A stretch of 63,926 nucleotides of DNA, counting the filler, from Chrysochromulina tobinii (Eukaryota), in assembly GCA_001275005.1 (NCBI GenBank). It is 6 parts of 6 records of this genome, joined end to end, with 100 filler letters (N's around TTAATTAATTAA, not from the genome) between each part and the next. Parts side by side here need not be neighbours in the genome. Positions count along the whole stretch, not along the records: positions 30,996 to 50,129 come from JWZX01000903.1; positions 50,230 to 54,467 come from JWZX01000906.1; 4 more parts are not named here. One strand, written 5' to 3'. The position numbers and the translations under genes were made by a program. Numbering within the stretch: position 1 is the first letter of the stretch; every line of letters starts with the position of its first letter. The notes beneath the pieces were generated by a model. The model saw nothing but the letters and a program-made list of their open reading frames with translations. It ran no database searches and had not been told where the DNA came from. Shown here piece after piece: positions 42,711 to 53,673 of this stretch.

Positions 42711-42801
42711 CTCATGTTGAGCTGGCTAGCGCTTCCGTTTGGCCGACGGTCGGTCGCTCATGTTGAGCTGGCTAGCGCTTCCGTTTGGCCGACGGGCGGT
42801 C
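42711..42801. repeat. 46-bp tandem duplication covering the last codons and stop codon of MFAP1
   Basis: CTCATGTTGAGCTGGCTAGCGCTTCCGTTTGGCCGACGG(T/G)CGGTC at 42711 and 42757. Confidence 0.92.
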
Positions 42802-44337
42802 AAAGTCGTTCGCCCCCTTGAGCCCGGCCTGCTTGGACTGCGCCTTTTGCTGCAGCTGCTTCTCCTCTGCCCAGAGGGGCGTGGGCGTGGCGCCGTGTTG
42901 GGCGACGAGATCGTGAAGCGAAGGGCCGGTGCCGGCTGGGGCGGCGATACCGGTCGAGCGGCCGCCGCTCGAGGCTCCCTTGCGGCTGAACCCGGACGTG
43001 TCCTCATTCGATAGGTGCGTCCATTTCACCTGGGAGCGGAAGCCAAAGTTCTTGACCTGCATGGGCGCGGGCATCGCCGCCTTATCTCCGATGGCGTCCT
43101 TACCGGTCGCATGGCCGTAGTCGCGCATGAGGACAGGGCCGAGCCTCGCGTCGCCCTTCTCGTCCTCATCCTGGAAGTAGGCGCCCTTGTGGTAGTACTT
43201 TTGGAGGAATTTCCATTGCGCCTTCTCCTCGTGCGCGTTCGCCTTCCCTGCCCTGAACTTGGCGTCTTCCTCCGCCCTCTGCTCATCAGTCAAGCTGCGT
43301 CGTCGATCAAGCTCCGCCTTCTCCCGCTCAGCGGCAGCACGCTCGGCGCGCTCGCGCCGCACGCGCTGGAGCTCGCGCAGCTTCCACGCGTCGAACTCCT
43401 CGAGCTCATTCACTTCGTCATCATCCTCTGGCAGGGCGCCGAACTCGAGCGCCGTGTCGAGCACCCCGCTCTCCTCCTTGCGCACTGCCTCGACGAGGAG
43501 CGCCTTGGACTCGGCCTGCCGGCGCGCAGCGGCGTCGCGCTTGCGCTCGCGCTCGGCCTCGGCCGCGGCCTCCAGCGCCTCCCGCTCCTTGACTGTCTCA
43601 CGCGCGCTCGCTGCGATGAAAACTGGCTTGAGCAGCGGCCGCCCGCGCGACGCTGCCGCCTCGTCGTCGTCGTCGTCGTCGTCGGTCTCGTAAGAGGACG
43701 AACCACTCTCGTCGTCCGACGCAGCGGCGGCCGGCCGGCCTGCTAGCCTGCCCGCCGCCGCAGACGGCTCCTCACGATCCTCCTCACGCTCCTCCTCCTC
43801 CTCGTCCCCTGCACTGCCCGTCGCACGTGCCGCCGTCTCCTCCTCCTCCTGTCGCCTGCGCCGCTGCACAGCACGCAGCCGCTCGCGTCGCGCCTCGACG
43901 GCGTCATCATCCTCCTCATTCACCTCCTCGGCCACCGGGCGGCCGCCCCGCTCGAGCACCGCGCTGCTGCCACCGCCGACGCGCTCGAGCACCTCGGGCG
44001 CCGCCGGCCGGCGCCGCCGGTGGCGCTCGCCGTCGTCGTCGCCGCCGCCGACGACGACTACGACGCCGCTCGTTGCCGCACCGGCCAACCGCCCCTGCCG
44101 TGGATCGAGAGCCGATGGCGGTGGCTTCGCAGCAGCTGCGCCAGCAGCTGCGAGACCTCCATGGCTGGCGGCCGAAGCCGTCTCCTCGACCGGAGCAGCC
44201 ACGGGCGCCTTGCCAGGCCAATAGCGCGGAACGGTCACCTTTTCTACGACGCGCTCGGCGATACCACCGTCGCGGCGGGAGCCCACCAGCGAGTTGGCCT
44301 TGGCCTTCACCTCACTCTGGGCAGCGCGTGCTTGCAT
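42772..44337 (-). CDS. MFAP1: Microfibrillar-associated protein 1 (spliceosomal B-complex factor)
   Basis: RYWPGKAP, LKPVF, WKLRELQR, FLQKYYHKGAYFQD, MQVKNFG..KWTHL..EDTS. Confidence 0.92.
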   Translation of the reverse strand: MQARAAQSEVKAKANSLVGSRRDGGIAERVVEKVTVPRYWPGKAPVAAPVEETASAASHGGLAAAGAAAAKPPPSALDPRQGRLAGAATSGVVVVVGGGDDDGERHRRRRPAAPEVLERVGGGSSAVLERGGRPVAEEVNEEDDDAVEARRERLRAVQRRRRQEEEETAARATGSAGDEEEEEREEDREEPSAAAGRLAGRPAAAASDDESGSSSYETDDDDDDDEAAASRGRPLLKPVFIAASARETVKEREALEAAAEAERERKRDAAARRQAESKALLVEAVRKEESGVLDTALEFGALPEDDDEVNELEEFDAWKLRELQRVRRERAERAAAEREKAELDRRRSLTDEQRAEEDAKFRAGKANAHEEKAQWKFLQKYYHKGAYFQDEDEKGDARLGPVLMRDYGHATGKDAIGDKAAMPAPMQVKNFGFRSQVKWTHLSNEDTSGFSRKGASSGGRSTGIAAPAGTGPSLHDLVAQHGATPTPLWAEEKQLQQKAQSKQAGLKGANDFDRPSAKRKR

Positions 44338-44491
44338 CGCGAGACTCGCTACAAACCATATGAATATGAGAGAAGACGCAGGGTTAGTGTAGCCTTCAGT
44401 GGCCAAGCCGGTGCGGCATACTGCCGCCGTCGAGCTGCCGCTGCCTCCGAAACACACAAGAATTCGTGTGTTTCGGACGGACGGGGCGCCC

Positions 44492-45208
44492 ATGATGCTG
44501 CCGTGCTGCCTGCTTCTTCTGCTGCCATTCGCCTTCCTTCCCGTCGAGCCCCGCTCTCCGGCGTGCACGATATACGTGCTGGCCTTCCACGCCATCGCGT
44601 GGCCCGCCGTCTTCTCAGCACACACTTGGAAGCTCCGCGCTGCCGCCTACACGGTGCTGGCAGTGGGAGCAGTACGCCAGTGGGCTTACCTGGGAGTGCA
44701 CTCCGAGTTCCTTGGGCACGTCATCGCCGGCATTGCGCTCATTCGAGGCGGCGCCGGCGTGCTGCGCACCGAGCACGGCGGGCCGATGAAAGCAACGCTG
44801 CCCACCGGCATGCTCGGCGTAGCGATTTTTGTGGTCGCTGGCGTGCTGCAGATCCAGACGACGCTCTGGCGGAAGGGCATGACGCTGCGGCACACGGCGC
44901 ACGTTTTCATCGATTTGGTCGGCGCTCTCATCTCGCTCGGCGTGCTGCTCTCCGCGGCCGCAGCGGCCGCCGGCTGCCTGCGCGCGGCCGCCGCGATCGG
45001 CCGTGCGCGTGCGCTCCTCGAGCCCGCGGCTTACCTCGCACTGGGCGTACTACTGTACACGCACAGGCACGACGGCGCAGACCTCGCCATCCAAATGCAT
45101 GCCGTCCTCGGCGTGCTGCTCATGGCGCTCGCGGCCGCGCAGCTCCTCAACAATGCCGTGCACGCCGCCACTGGCGTGACGCCGCAGCACCAGCAGCAGC
45201 AGCAGCAC

Positions 45209-45301
<93 letters not shown>

Positions 45302-48300
45302 AACGAGGCCCTCGAGGCGCAGCTCCTGGCTTTGGAGAGCGCGCACAAGGTGACGATCGCAACGGCAGGCGCACAGCACGCCGAGTGCACGGAGGCGCTC
45401 GTCACCACCCGAGAGAGCTTGGTCGCATGCGAGATCAAGGGAGGTCAAGGGAGATCAAGGGAGGTCGCATGCGAGATCGCTCTGGACGCATGCGAGATTG
45501 CACAGCAGACTGCATGGCAGCGCGTGGCGAACGCGACTGTGGCCGCCGAGGCTGCCCAGACGGAGATCGTCGCCACACAGGTTTCCCTCGCCGAGTGCCT
45601 GGCGGCGCTCGAGGCTACACAGCACGCATCGCGTCGCGTCGACGAGGCAGCCGACGGCGCTGCCGGCGCCGCGCCTGCGAGTACGACCCATAGCGGCAGC
45701 TTGCAGATGTGGCCGCCCTCGCCCTCCCTGCTGCTGTTCGCAGCGTCCGTGTGGGTGTTGTCGCTGATGGCGAGCGCAGCAGTCGGTGCGGCGCGCGTCC
45801 GGGACGACAGCGCGGTGGCGGGCGATGTGGTGAAGGTGGTGCCCGAGACGGTGATCAAAGAAGTCAAGGTGGAGGTCATCAAGGAGGTGCCCTTCGAGGT
45901 CATCAAGGAGGTCGAGGTCATCAAGGAGGTGCCCTTCGAGGTCATCAAGGAAATTGAGGTCATCAAGGAGGTCGAAGTGATCAAGGAGGTGGAGGTCATC
46001 AAGGAGGTGCTTGTCGAAGTGATCAAGGAGGTGCCCGTTGAGGTGATCAAGGAGATTGAGAAGGTGGTGGTCAGGGAGATGGAGGAAGACGAGGCAGCCA
46101 GGGCCGAGGCGGCCCAGGCGCGGGCTGAGATGGCCCTGGCACGGGCAGACGCAGTGACCACCAGGGCAGAGGCCGCAGCTGCCCAGATGGCACATCAGCA
46201 GGCTCTGGCCGCAGCTAAGGCGGCGGCGCAGGCAGCGCAGGAGGAGGCAGTAGCGGCGGCCGTCTCAGAGGCACAGGCGGCGGCGGTATCGGAGCTGCAG
46301 GCGGCGCTGATGGCGGCGGCTGAGGCAGCCACGCTGGCGCAGGAGGAGGCGGTAGCGGCGGCCAGGCAAACAGCTCGCTCAGCGCAGGAGATTGCAGTCG
46401 CAGCGGCCGTCTCAGAGGCACAGCTGGCGGCGGCGACAGTGCGCGAGGAGGCGGCGACAGCCATCTTGGAAGCTCAGCTGGCGGCGGCCGCGGAGCATGA
46501 GGCAGCCACACAAGCACTCCGCTCGCGACTGGAGACAGCTGCGGCCGAGCTGAGCACAGTGCAAGCCGATACTCAGAGGTGCCTTGAGGCGGCACGCATT
46601 GAGCATGCGGCCGAGCTGTGCGCAGCTCATGCCAAGCACATGAGCGTGCTGGGCGGCGCGCGCGCCGAGTTGGCAGCTGAGTTCACTCGGCGGCTAGGTG
46701 TCGAGCTGCATGCACTCCGGGCTGAGCTCGAGGAGCAGCTCAACACAGCGCGAGTACACGCCGAGGAGCAGCTCAACACAGCGCGAGTACACGCCGAGGA
46801 GCAGCTCAGCACAGCGCGAGCACACGCCGAGGAGCAGCTCAACACGGCGCGAGCACACGCCGAGGAGCAGCTCAACACGGCGCGAGCGCACGCAGAAGAG
46901 AAACTGGTGGTGGCGCAAGACGAGGTGACAATCGCGGTCAGGCGTGCTTTGACGGCGGAGACGGCGATGGCGGAGATGGCCGCACGAGCTGCAGCACAGG
47001 CGGTGGCGCTCGAGGAGGTGAAGGCCGCATCGGCTCTGAGCACACGACTCGCTGTGAACACGGCGAGCAGCTGTGAAGCTACCTCCGCGCCTGTGCTCGA
47101 GGCAGAGTCAGACGGAGATGAGACGGCGTCGCAAGACTCGGAGATTGGCGCGACGGTGACCGTCGCGTCAGTGTTTGCACTCGAGCCCTCGCGACGAAGC
47201 CTGTCTCGCTGTGAACTCGCTGTGAACTCGGGCGTGAGTGGCACTCGGGCGCACGCTGCGCGCTGCGGCGGGCGCTCAAGTCGGCGCTTTTGCGACTCGA
47301 GCGTCTCGAGAGCGAACTCTGCGGCGGGGTCGCCTGCTAGAGCCTCGCCGACGGCGAGGGAGGCTGTGGAGGTGGTGAGGGAGTTGGAGGTCATCAAAGA
47401 GATCGAGGTCTTCAAGGAGGTCGTCAAGGAGGTGGAAGTCATCAAAGAGGTGCCCTTCGAGGTCATCAAGGAGATCGAGGTCATCAAGGAGATCGAGGTC
47501 TTCAAGGAGATCGAGGTCTTCAAGGAGATTGAAGTGATCAAGGAGGTTGAAGTGATCAAGGAGGTCGAGGTCATCAAGGAGGTGCCCTTTGAGGTCATCA
47601 AGGAGGTTGAAGTCATCAAGGAGGTCGAGGTCATCAAGGAGGTGCCCTTTGAGGTCATCAAGGAGGTTGAAGTCATCAAGGAGGTCGAGATCATCAAGGA
47701 GGTGCCCTTCGAGGTCATCAAGGAGGTTGAAGTGATCAAGGAAGTCGAGGTCATCAAGGAGGTGCCCTTCGAGGTCATCAAGGAGATTGAAGTGATCAAG
47801 GAGGTGGAGGTCATCAAGGAGGTCATCAAGGAGGTGCCAATCGAGGTGCCGGACGCGGCAGCGAGGGCAGAGGCGCAGCAGGCAAGGGCAGAGGCGGAGG
47901 CCTCGCGCGCAGAGGCGCAGGCAGCCACGGCCGCGGCGACGGCCGAGCGAGATGCGGCGAGATGCGGCGAGATGCGAGCGAGATGCGAGCGAGATGCGGC
48001 GGCGGTGGCGGCGGCGGCGGCGGCGAAGGAGTTCAGCACGGCGCGCATGAAGGCTGACGAAACGATCATTCGGCTCAAGGAGAAGGCCAAGGAGCGCATC
48101 GCGGAGCTTGAGTCTGCAATCCAGAGCACCAAGCAAGTGGCGCATGAGGCCGAGCAGAAGGCCAAAGCAGAGGCAGAGGCCGCGAAAGCCGATGAGCAGA
48201 AGGCGAAAGTCGAGGCGGAGAAGGCGAAAGCAGAGTTGAAGGCCGCGAAAGCCGATGCAGAGAAGGCGATAGCTGAGATGGAGGCGGCGCAAGCTGAGAT

Positions 48301-50129
48301 GGAGGTAGCGCAGGCACACGTGCAGGAGCTCGAGGCGCGGTTGGCCGAGTCGACAAGCACTATCCAGGTGACTGAGGCGGCGCGGGTGGCCGCGGAGGTG
48401 GCTCAGTCGGCGGCGCAGGCGCAGGCGGTTCACAAGGTGTCAGAGGCGAGAGCACTAGCACTCGAGGCTCAAGCGGCGACGCAGGCGTGTCTAGAGGCCC
48501 AAAATAGGCAAGCGAGTCTAGAGGCCCAAAATAGGCAAGCGAGTCTAGAGGCTTCAATGGCGGCGCTCGAAGCGTCACACCGGCAACAGGAGACCCTTTT
48601 CGCCTTGACGGGGGCAGCACATGAGGCAGCTCTTCGAGCGATGATTTCAGAGCATGAGGCTGCGATTGCGGCGATGCAGTCAGAGCACGAGGCGGCATTC
48701 ACAGCGAAGACAGCCGAGCATGAGGCGGCAGTCGCAAAAATGAAGGTCGAGCATGAGGCATCTCTCGCTGCGCGGACCGAGCAGATGATCGAGCAGCAGG
48801 AGCAACAGCGGCAGGCCTTGGAAGCAGGCTGGCAGGCCGAGCGTGCAGCTGCCTCGTGGCAGCATGAGGCTGCACTTGAAGAGCTGAGGGCGGGTTGGCA
48901 GGCGGAGCGCGGCGCCATGTCGATGCTCAAGAGGCAGCTCAGCGCCGCCCAACACGGCGCGGAGCTCGCGCTGGCGCAGGTGCAGGCGCAGCTTGAGGCG
49001 GCGCGGGGAGAGGCGGAGAGCCACCAGGCGGCAGTGATCGAGGAGAGGCGGCTGCACGTCGAGCTTCGCCAGCAGCATGAGAGCCTCCAGGCATCCTTGG
49101 TGCAGGAACGCGAGAGCCTCAAGGAGAAGGCGCGGGGGCAGATGCGCAAACTGCTCGATGAGCACCAGAGGCTCGAAAAGGAACGGAGCGTCGCCCAGCA
49201 GGATGCGGAGGCGGCGCGGGCGGAGGCGGTGGCGGCGCGGGCAGAGGCGGAGGCGGCGCGGGCGGAGGCGGAGGCGGCGTGGGCGGAGGTGCAGGTAGCC
49301 AAGGATGAGGCACAGGGAGAGGCAACGGAGCGCGTTCGACAAGTGCTCGCGGCGGCGCAGGCGGCGCAGGAGGAGGCAGTAGCGGCGGCCGTCTCAGAGG
49401 CACAGGCGGCGGCGGTATCGGATCTGCAGGCGGCGCTGATGGCGGCGGCTGAGGCAGCCAAGCTAGCGCAGGAGGAGGCGGTAGCGGCGGCGACTGAGGC
49501 AGCCAAGCTAGCACAGGAGGAGGCGGTAGCGGCGGCCAGGCAAGCAGCTCGCTCAGCGCAGGAGATTGCGGTGGCGACAGCGCAGTCGCAGCTTCAGGAG
49601 GCGTTGGCGGCGGCCAAGGCGGATGCATCAGACGAGTTAGCCGCTGCGTTGGCGGCGGTTGATGCCATGAAGTCGGAGCACGAGGCGGCAGTGACGGCGA
49701 TTGCAGCCGATCATGAGGCCGCCATGCATGCGGCGAGGGCGGAGGCTGAGGCAGCCTCGCAGCAGCGCGAGGCTGCGCTTGAGGAGCTGAGGGCGTCGTG
49801 GCAGACGGAGCATGCCACGTTGCACGAGCAGCTCGAACGAGTGCAGCAGCGTAGTGACAACCTTGAGGCGGCAGTGATCGAGGAGAGGCGGCTGCACGTC
49901 GAGCTTCGCCAGCAGCATGAGAGCCTCCAGGCATCCTCGGTGCAGGAACGCGAGAGCCTCAAGGAGAAGGCACGGGAGCAGATGCGCAAGCTGCTCGATG
50001 AGCACCAGAGGCTCGAAAAGGAACGGAGCGTCGCCCAGCAGGATGCGGAGGCGGCGCGGGCGGAGGCGGAGGCGGCGCGGGCGGAGGCGGAGGCGGCGTG
50101 GGCGGAGGCGGAGGCGGCGTGGGCGGAGG
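44492..50129 (+). CDS. Giant (>1870 aa) ORF: His-containing multi-TM N-terminus (TMEM45/DUF716-like), poly-Q, TM, two EVIKEV(P) repeat blocks and long Ala/Glu coiled coils; 3'-truncated at the gap
   Basis: Uninterrupted frame; GHVIAG/HTAH/HRHD/QMHAVLG; (CAG)n at 45185-45301; internal DNA duplications (about 46215-46430 with 49345-49575, and 49025-49290 with 49866-50129). Confidence 0.7.
45185..45301 (+). repeat. (CAG)n microsatellite, 39 codons of Q/H
   Basis: Read directly from the sequence. Confidence 0.95.
47365..47848 (+). repeat. Coding minisatellite GAGGTCATCAAGGAG (EVIKE/EVPF); second block at about 45826-46075
   Basis: Read directly; mixed 18- and 24-nt units. Confidence 0.95.
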
Positions 50130-50229
50130 NNNNNNNNNNNNNNNNNNNNNNNNNNNNNNNNNNNNNNNNNNNNTTAATTAATTAANNNNNNNNNNNNNNN
50201 NNNNNNNNNNNNNNNNNNNNNNNNNNNNN
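50130..50229. other. Artificial contig spacer
   Basis: N-run with TTAATTAATTAA. Confidence 0.98.
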
Positions 50230-52480
50230 GAGGGTCGTGGGGAGGAACGAGCGATCCGCGGGTGGGGATGCCTGCGTGCGCGCGCCGCAGTCGGTGCAGT
50301 CGGTGCCGAGGGAGCAGGTGGCGAAATCAAAGCCCGGACCGCCGTCGTCGCATTGACCGTCGGAGGCGACGGTGCACGTCTCAGTGCAGGCGTTGAAGAT
50401 CGGGACGAACCATCCCTCGGCGGTGTTGTCGATGCCGCACAGGAAGGTGGGGTTGGAGGTGTTGCCCACGTACGCGAGCAGCTGGTCACCACTCTGGTCG
50501 CTGGCCGCGAGGGTGCCGGTGAAGTTGCGCAGCTGGAGCACCGTCCCCTCTGGCACGTCCACGACGCCGTTTCGGTACGAGAGGTGGGACTCGGTCATCG
50601 CAAACGGTCCGTTTAGCGAGGTCCACTGGTTGTCGGTGACGTAGAGCGTCTCCGAGTAGCCGAGCGTCTTGAGGAGCAGCAGCCCAAAGTTGTCCGGATT
50701 GTCCGTCTTCAGAGCGACGAAGAGGCAGTCGCCCGGGCCCAGCGGCGGCGGCGGCGGCGCGGCCGGTGGCAGCGGCGGCCGACCGGGCGGCCGCGGCGGC
50801 GGAGACCTCGGCGGCGGAGGTGAGGGCGACGGTGGCGGTGGCGACGGTGGCGGTGGGCAAAAGGGCGCCCCTGACGGAGGCGGCGGCCTCGACGGTGGCG
50901 GCGACGGCGGCGGAGGCGATGGCGGCGGTGGCAGTGGCGGTGGCGGCGGTGGCATCGACGGGGGCAGGTTCGTGATGAAGTACCCGCCGGTGGGGATGAC
51001 GTCCTGCATGGGGATGGAGAGTGAGTTGCTTTTGAACCAGTTGCTGCTGTCGCTGATGGCTGCCAGCAAAGCCTGGCGGGAGCCGGTCGTGGGGGCATTC
51101 TGCCCGGTCGCGCGCGTGTCGTAGATCCACTGATCGTACAGTCCGTACGAAGTGGCGGTGTGGAAGAAGTTGAAGACACCAGCGAACATGCCTGAAGCGC
51201 CTGGGATGCTCTCGAAACCGCAGCTCGCCGCCCGGTTGCAGAAGCCGCACAGGAACTGAGGGGCGGCCCGGGAGCCTCGGTAGATGAGAATCTCATCTCC
51301 GCCGGATTCAAGGGAAAGCGCCGCGCCCGAAAAGTTCCTATAGGTGAGCACGGAGCCGGCGGGCACCTCGGCGGTGGCCGTGTAAGTCAGATGGGTCTCA
51401 ACGGTGGCGAACGCCAGAGCGCGGCTGCCGCAGTCGGTGCAGTCGGAACCGAAGGCGCAGGTCGTGGTCTCACTGCCTGGGCCGCCGTCGTCGCAATGGC
51501 CGTCGGAGGTGGAGGCGCACGTATTGGCGCAGCCGCCCTGGAACGCAGCGTCGGTCGCGAAGATCGACTCGCCGGCTGAGAGGTGATCGAAGAGCACGAT
51601 GGCGAAGTCGTCGGGGCTGTCGTGCTTCATGTAAACGACGGCGCACTCGCCCTGATCCAGCAGCGGGGCGAACGGCGGGAGCGGGGGCGAGTGCGGAGGC
51701 CGAGCCGGGGACGGTGGAGGCGGAGCCTTGGGCGAAGGTGGGGGCATTTCTGGAGGCGCAGGCGGATCCAGAGGCGGGCTTGGGGGGGAGGACGGCATCG
51801 GCGGCGGGGCGAACGTGTAACGCGGGCCGCAGTCGTTGCAATCGTCACCGAGCACGCACTGCGCAAACTCAGCGCCTTCGCCACCGTCGGCGCAGAGGCC
51901 ATCGGAGGCCAGCGAAACCTCCGACTCGAGCACCTGAGTCGTGCATGCGTTCGTGCACCTGACTATCTTACCCGGAGGGGCGGGCGAGGGAGGGGAGCAA
52001 GTGCCGCACGAGACCGGACAGTTTTGGCGCGCGACGGCGTAGGAAGCGCACGCGGAGGGGGACGTTGCGAAGGTGGAACATGGCACAGGAAGGCCGTTGG
52101 CGGAGGAGACGCCGCTGTTGATCTGGTCGGAGCAGAACAGCGGAGGCGGAGGCGACGGGGGCGGTGGCCTTGGAGGCGGAGGCGACGGCGGCGGTGGCCT
52201 TGGAGGCGGAGGCGACGGTGATGGTGGAGAAGGCGGCGGTGGCATGGGAGGCGGAGGCGACGGGGGCGGTGGCCTTGGAGGCGGAGGCGACGGCGGCGGT
52301 GGCCTTGGAGGAGGCAGCGACGGCGATGGCGGGGAAGGCGGTGGTGGCCTTGGAGGCGGCGGCGACGGCGGCGGTGGCCTTGGAGGCGGAGGCGACGGCG
52401 ATGGTGGGGAAGGCGGTGGTGGCATGGGAGGTGGCGGCGACGCGGCTTGGAGGCGGCGGCGACGGCTTACATGCTTGAGT
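50230..52480 (-). CDS. Extracellular Pro-rich (SPPP extensin-like) modular protein: ShK-like domain, three Cys-rich DGxCxDGG modules, two DxPDxF beta-domains. Partial, with a frame break near 52430-52445
   Basis: CPVSCGTC; ASDGLCADGGEG, SDGHCDDGGPG and ASDGQCDDGGPG..C..GxDCxDCG; GECAVVYMKHDSPDDFAIVL and GDCLFVALKTDNPDNFGLLL; candidate acceptor TTCTCCAG| at 52481. Confidence 0.75.
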
Positions 52481-52520
52481 CTGGAGAACTAAAGTGTCTA
52501 AAGTAAGAAAACGACAAACT

Positions 52521-53391
52521 GGTAGCACTCTGGACATACTGTGTGGGCCGTCGCGTCGTCGTAGGCGCCCCGCCGCCCTTTTTTCTCGTCCCTCGGCGTC
52601 CCTCCCCTTGTTCGCGCGCGCACATCGGGAGCCGATGCTGCCCTCGATGCATCAGCCGGAGGTGGCACCTACGGCCACGATGTGGATGCACCTGGGCGAT
52701 CTCACCGGCGAGATTGAGCACTACGAGCATGCGTGGACCCTCTCCAACCAGCATTTCGCGCGCGCAAAGCTCAAGCTCGGCTCGAAAGCAACGAACCTAG
52801 AGCAATGGGAAGAGGCCCGTATAGAAGGAGCCAGCACGCATCCAGCAGGCGGCTTGGCCACATCCAGCTGCGGCCAAGCCAGTGGCCAAGCCGCATGCTG
52901 GCATCAGAATGCCGACGCAGATCATCAGCGTCGGCAGCAGCAGCTACAGCAGCAGCGGTGGGCGCGGGAAGATAGGCCCATGGCCAGCAGCTGGCATTTT
53001 GCCAGCGGGTCTTATGTTGGCACAGGCGACCCCGGCCTTTAACCGCCGAAACCGCCACCTCAGACCGCCGACCTTGTGAACCCTCAGCAAGTGTAACCTC
53101 AGCAATCAGCACATTCAGACCTCAGTACAGCCATCAGCCCGTGCCGTCTCTCCCATGTTCACCACCGCCGCCGTTGCCTCCACCACCTTCACCACCGCCC
53201 TCACCTCCTCCGCCAAGCCCACCGCCATCATCACCGCCGCCCTCGCCGCCGCCATCGCCGCCGCCGCCATCGCCGCCGCCTCCGTCACCGCCACCACCTT
53301 CACCTCCTCCGTCGCCAGCACCTCCATCGCCTCTGGCGGCGGGGCGCCTACGACGACGCGACGGCCCACACAGTATGTCTAGAGTGCTACC
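52521..53391. mobile_element. Putative non-autonomous TIR (Pack/fold-back-like) element with 57-bp TIRs, carrying a TPR-gene fragment and a Pro-rich fragment
   Basis: 52521-52577 and 53335-53391 are reverse complements at 56/57 (GGTAGCACTCTRGACATACTGTGTGGGCCGTCGCGTCGTCGTAGGCGCCCCGCCGCC). No TSD or transposase seen. Confidence 0.55.
52630..52830 (+). pseudogene. TPR-gene fragment resembling TTC27/Emw1 (second copy at about 54085-54290, minus strand)
   Basis: PTATMWMHLGDLTGEIEHYEHAWTLSNQHFARAKLKLG resembles, from memory, the TTC27 segment LWCxLGDxxxDxxxYEKAWExSxxRxARA. Confidence 0.5.
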
Positions 53392-53673
53392 GCCGGCTTC
53401 ACCACCAAGAAAGGGACGATTCGAGGATACGTATCTAAGGGTGGGTATGGTGATTTTTGTTTTTGACACCCATCATGCAAACAACATACTCACTGATTCT
53501 CCAGACACCAGAGCATGGGGATAGTCTCTCTCAGACGCACTCACCGCTGGTCGCCGTTACGCAGCATTCCCGGTTCCTAGCGCTTTCGTCGCTCTTCGTG
53601 CGAGTCAAAGTGAACCATAAATGGTCGCGAAAAGCCTTTCGTGCTCGTTCGAACCGGTTCGAAATGTCATGCG

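Noticed and set aside
28027..44337. PRP4K and MFAP1 as a splicing gene cluster linked to the unusual introns
   Set aside because: They are separated by an artificial contig join and many unrelated genes, and both are ordinary spliceosomal factors.
53648..53663. TTCGAACCGGTTCGAA as a tRNA T-loop
   Set aside because: It is a 16-bp palindrome with no cloverleaf around it.
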